A stretch of 64,000 nt of DNA, from positions 117,492,001 to 117,556,000 of the forward strand of contig NC_058373.1 of assembly GCF_018350175.1 (NCBI RefSeq). The letters are read 5' to 3'. The DNA is from Felis catus. Lineage: Eukaryota. The position numbers and the translations under genes were made by a program. The notes under the pieces are model-generated. The model had not been told where the DNA came from. It was given only the letters and a program-made list of their open reading frames with translations, and did no database searches. Positions 63,922 to 64,000 of the stretch are shown one piece after another (the stretch's first letter is position 1; each line of letters starts with the position of its first letter).

Positions 63922-64000
63922 ATTAATGGCTGCCTAGTATTCCATGGCACGACTGTGTCATAATTTATTTCACTGCTCCCTAATTGATGTTTAGGCATCA

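Noticed and set aside
1..64000. A novel multi-gene, CRISPR-like or defence-type system
   Set aside because: The sequence is mammalian intronic DNA. There are no long ORFs, operons or regularly spaced repeat-spacer arrays, and the recurring repeats are dispersed SINEs.
60510..64000. Next RGS6 exon (ENLARLQRAFARKWEF..)
   Set aside because: Not found by reading; it presumably lies downstream of the window.

Overview
This is eukaryotic DNA from a cat-family (Felidae) genome, judged from about 33 tRNA-derived Can-SINEs of the SINEC_Fc type. The whole window lies inside RGS6 (regulator of G-protein signaling 6) on the + strand. About 51 kb of one long intron is followed by four short coding exons (50974-51024, 53455-53561, 54769-54820, 60445-60509). 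They splice in frame to [92 protein letters not shown] (DEP/DHEX region). The supplied ORF track misses these exons, and its ORFs look like noise or repeat-derived frames. The rest is SINEs, L1/L2/MIR relics, MaLR/ERVL solo LTRs, DNA-transposon fossils and microsatellites. I found no new multi-gene system. The two most unusual structures are a gap-free 213-bp local duplicate that splits an MLT1C LTR, and an apparent APOA4-like coding fragment inside an ERVL-type LTR. Repeat subfamily names and human exon or residue numbers are from memory, and repeat boundaries are approximate.
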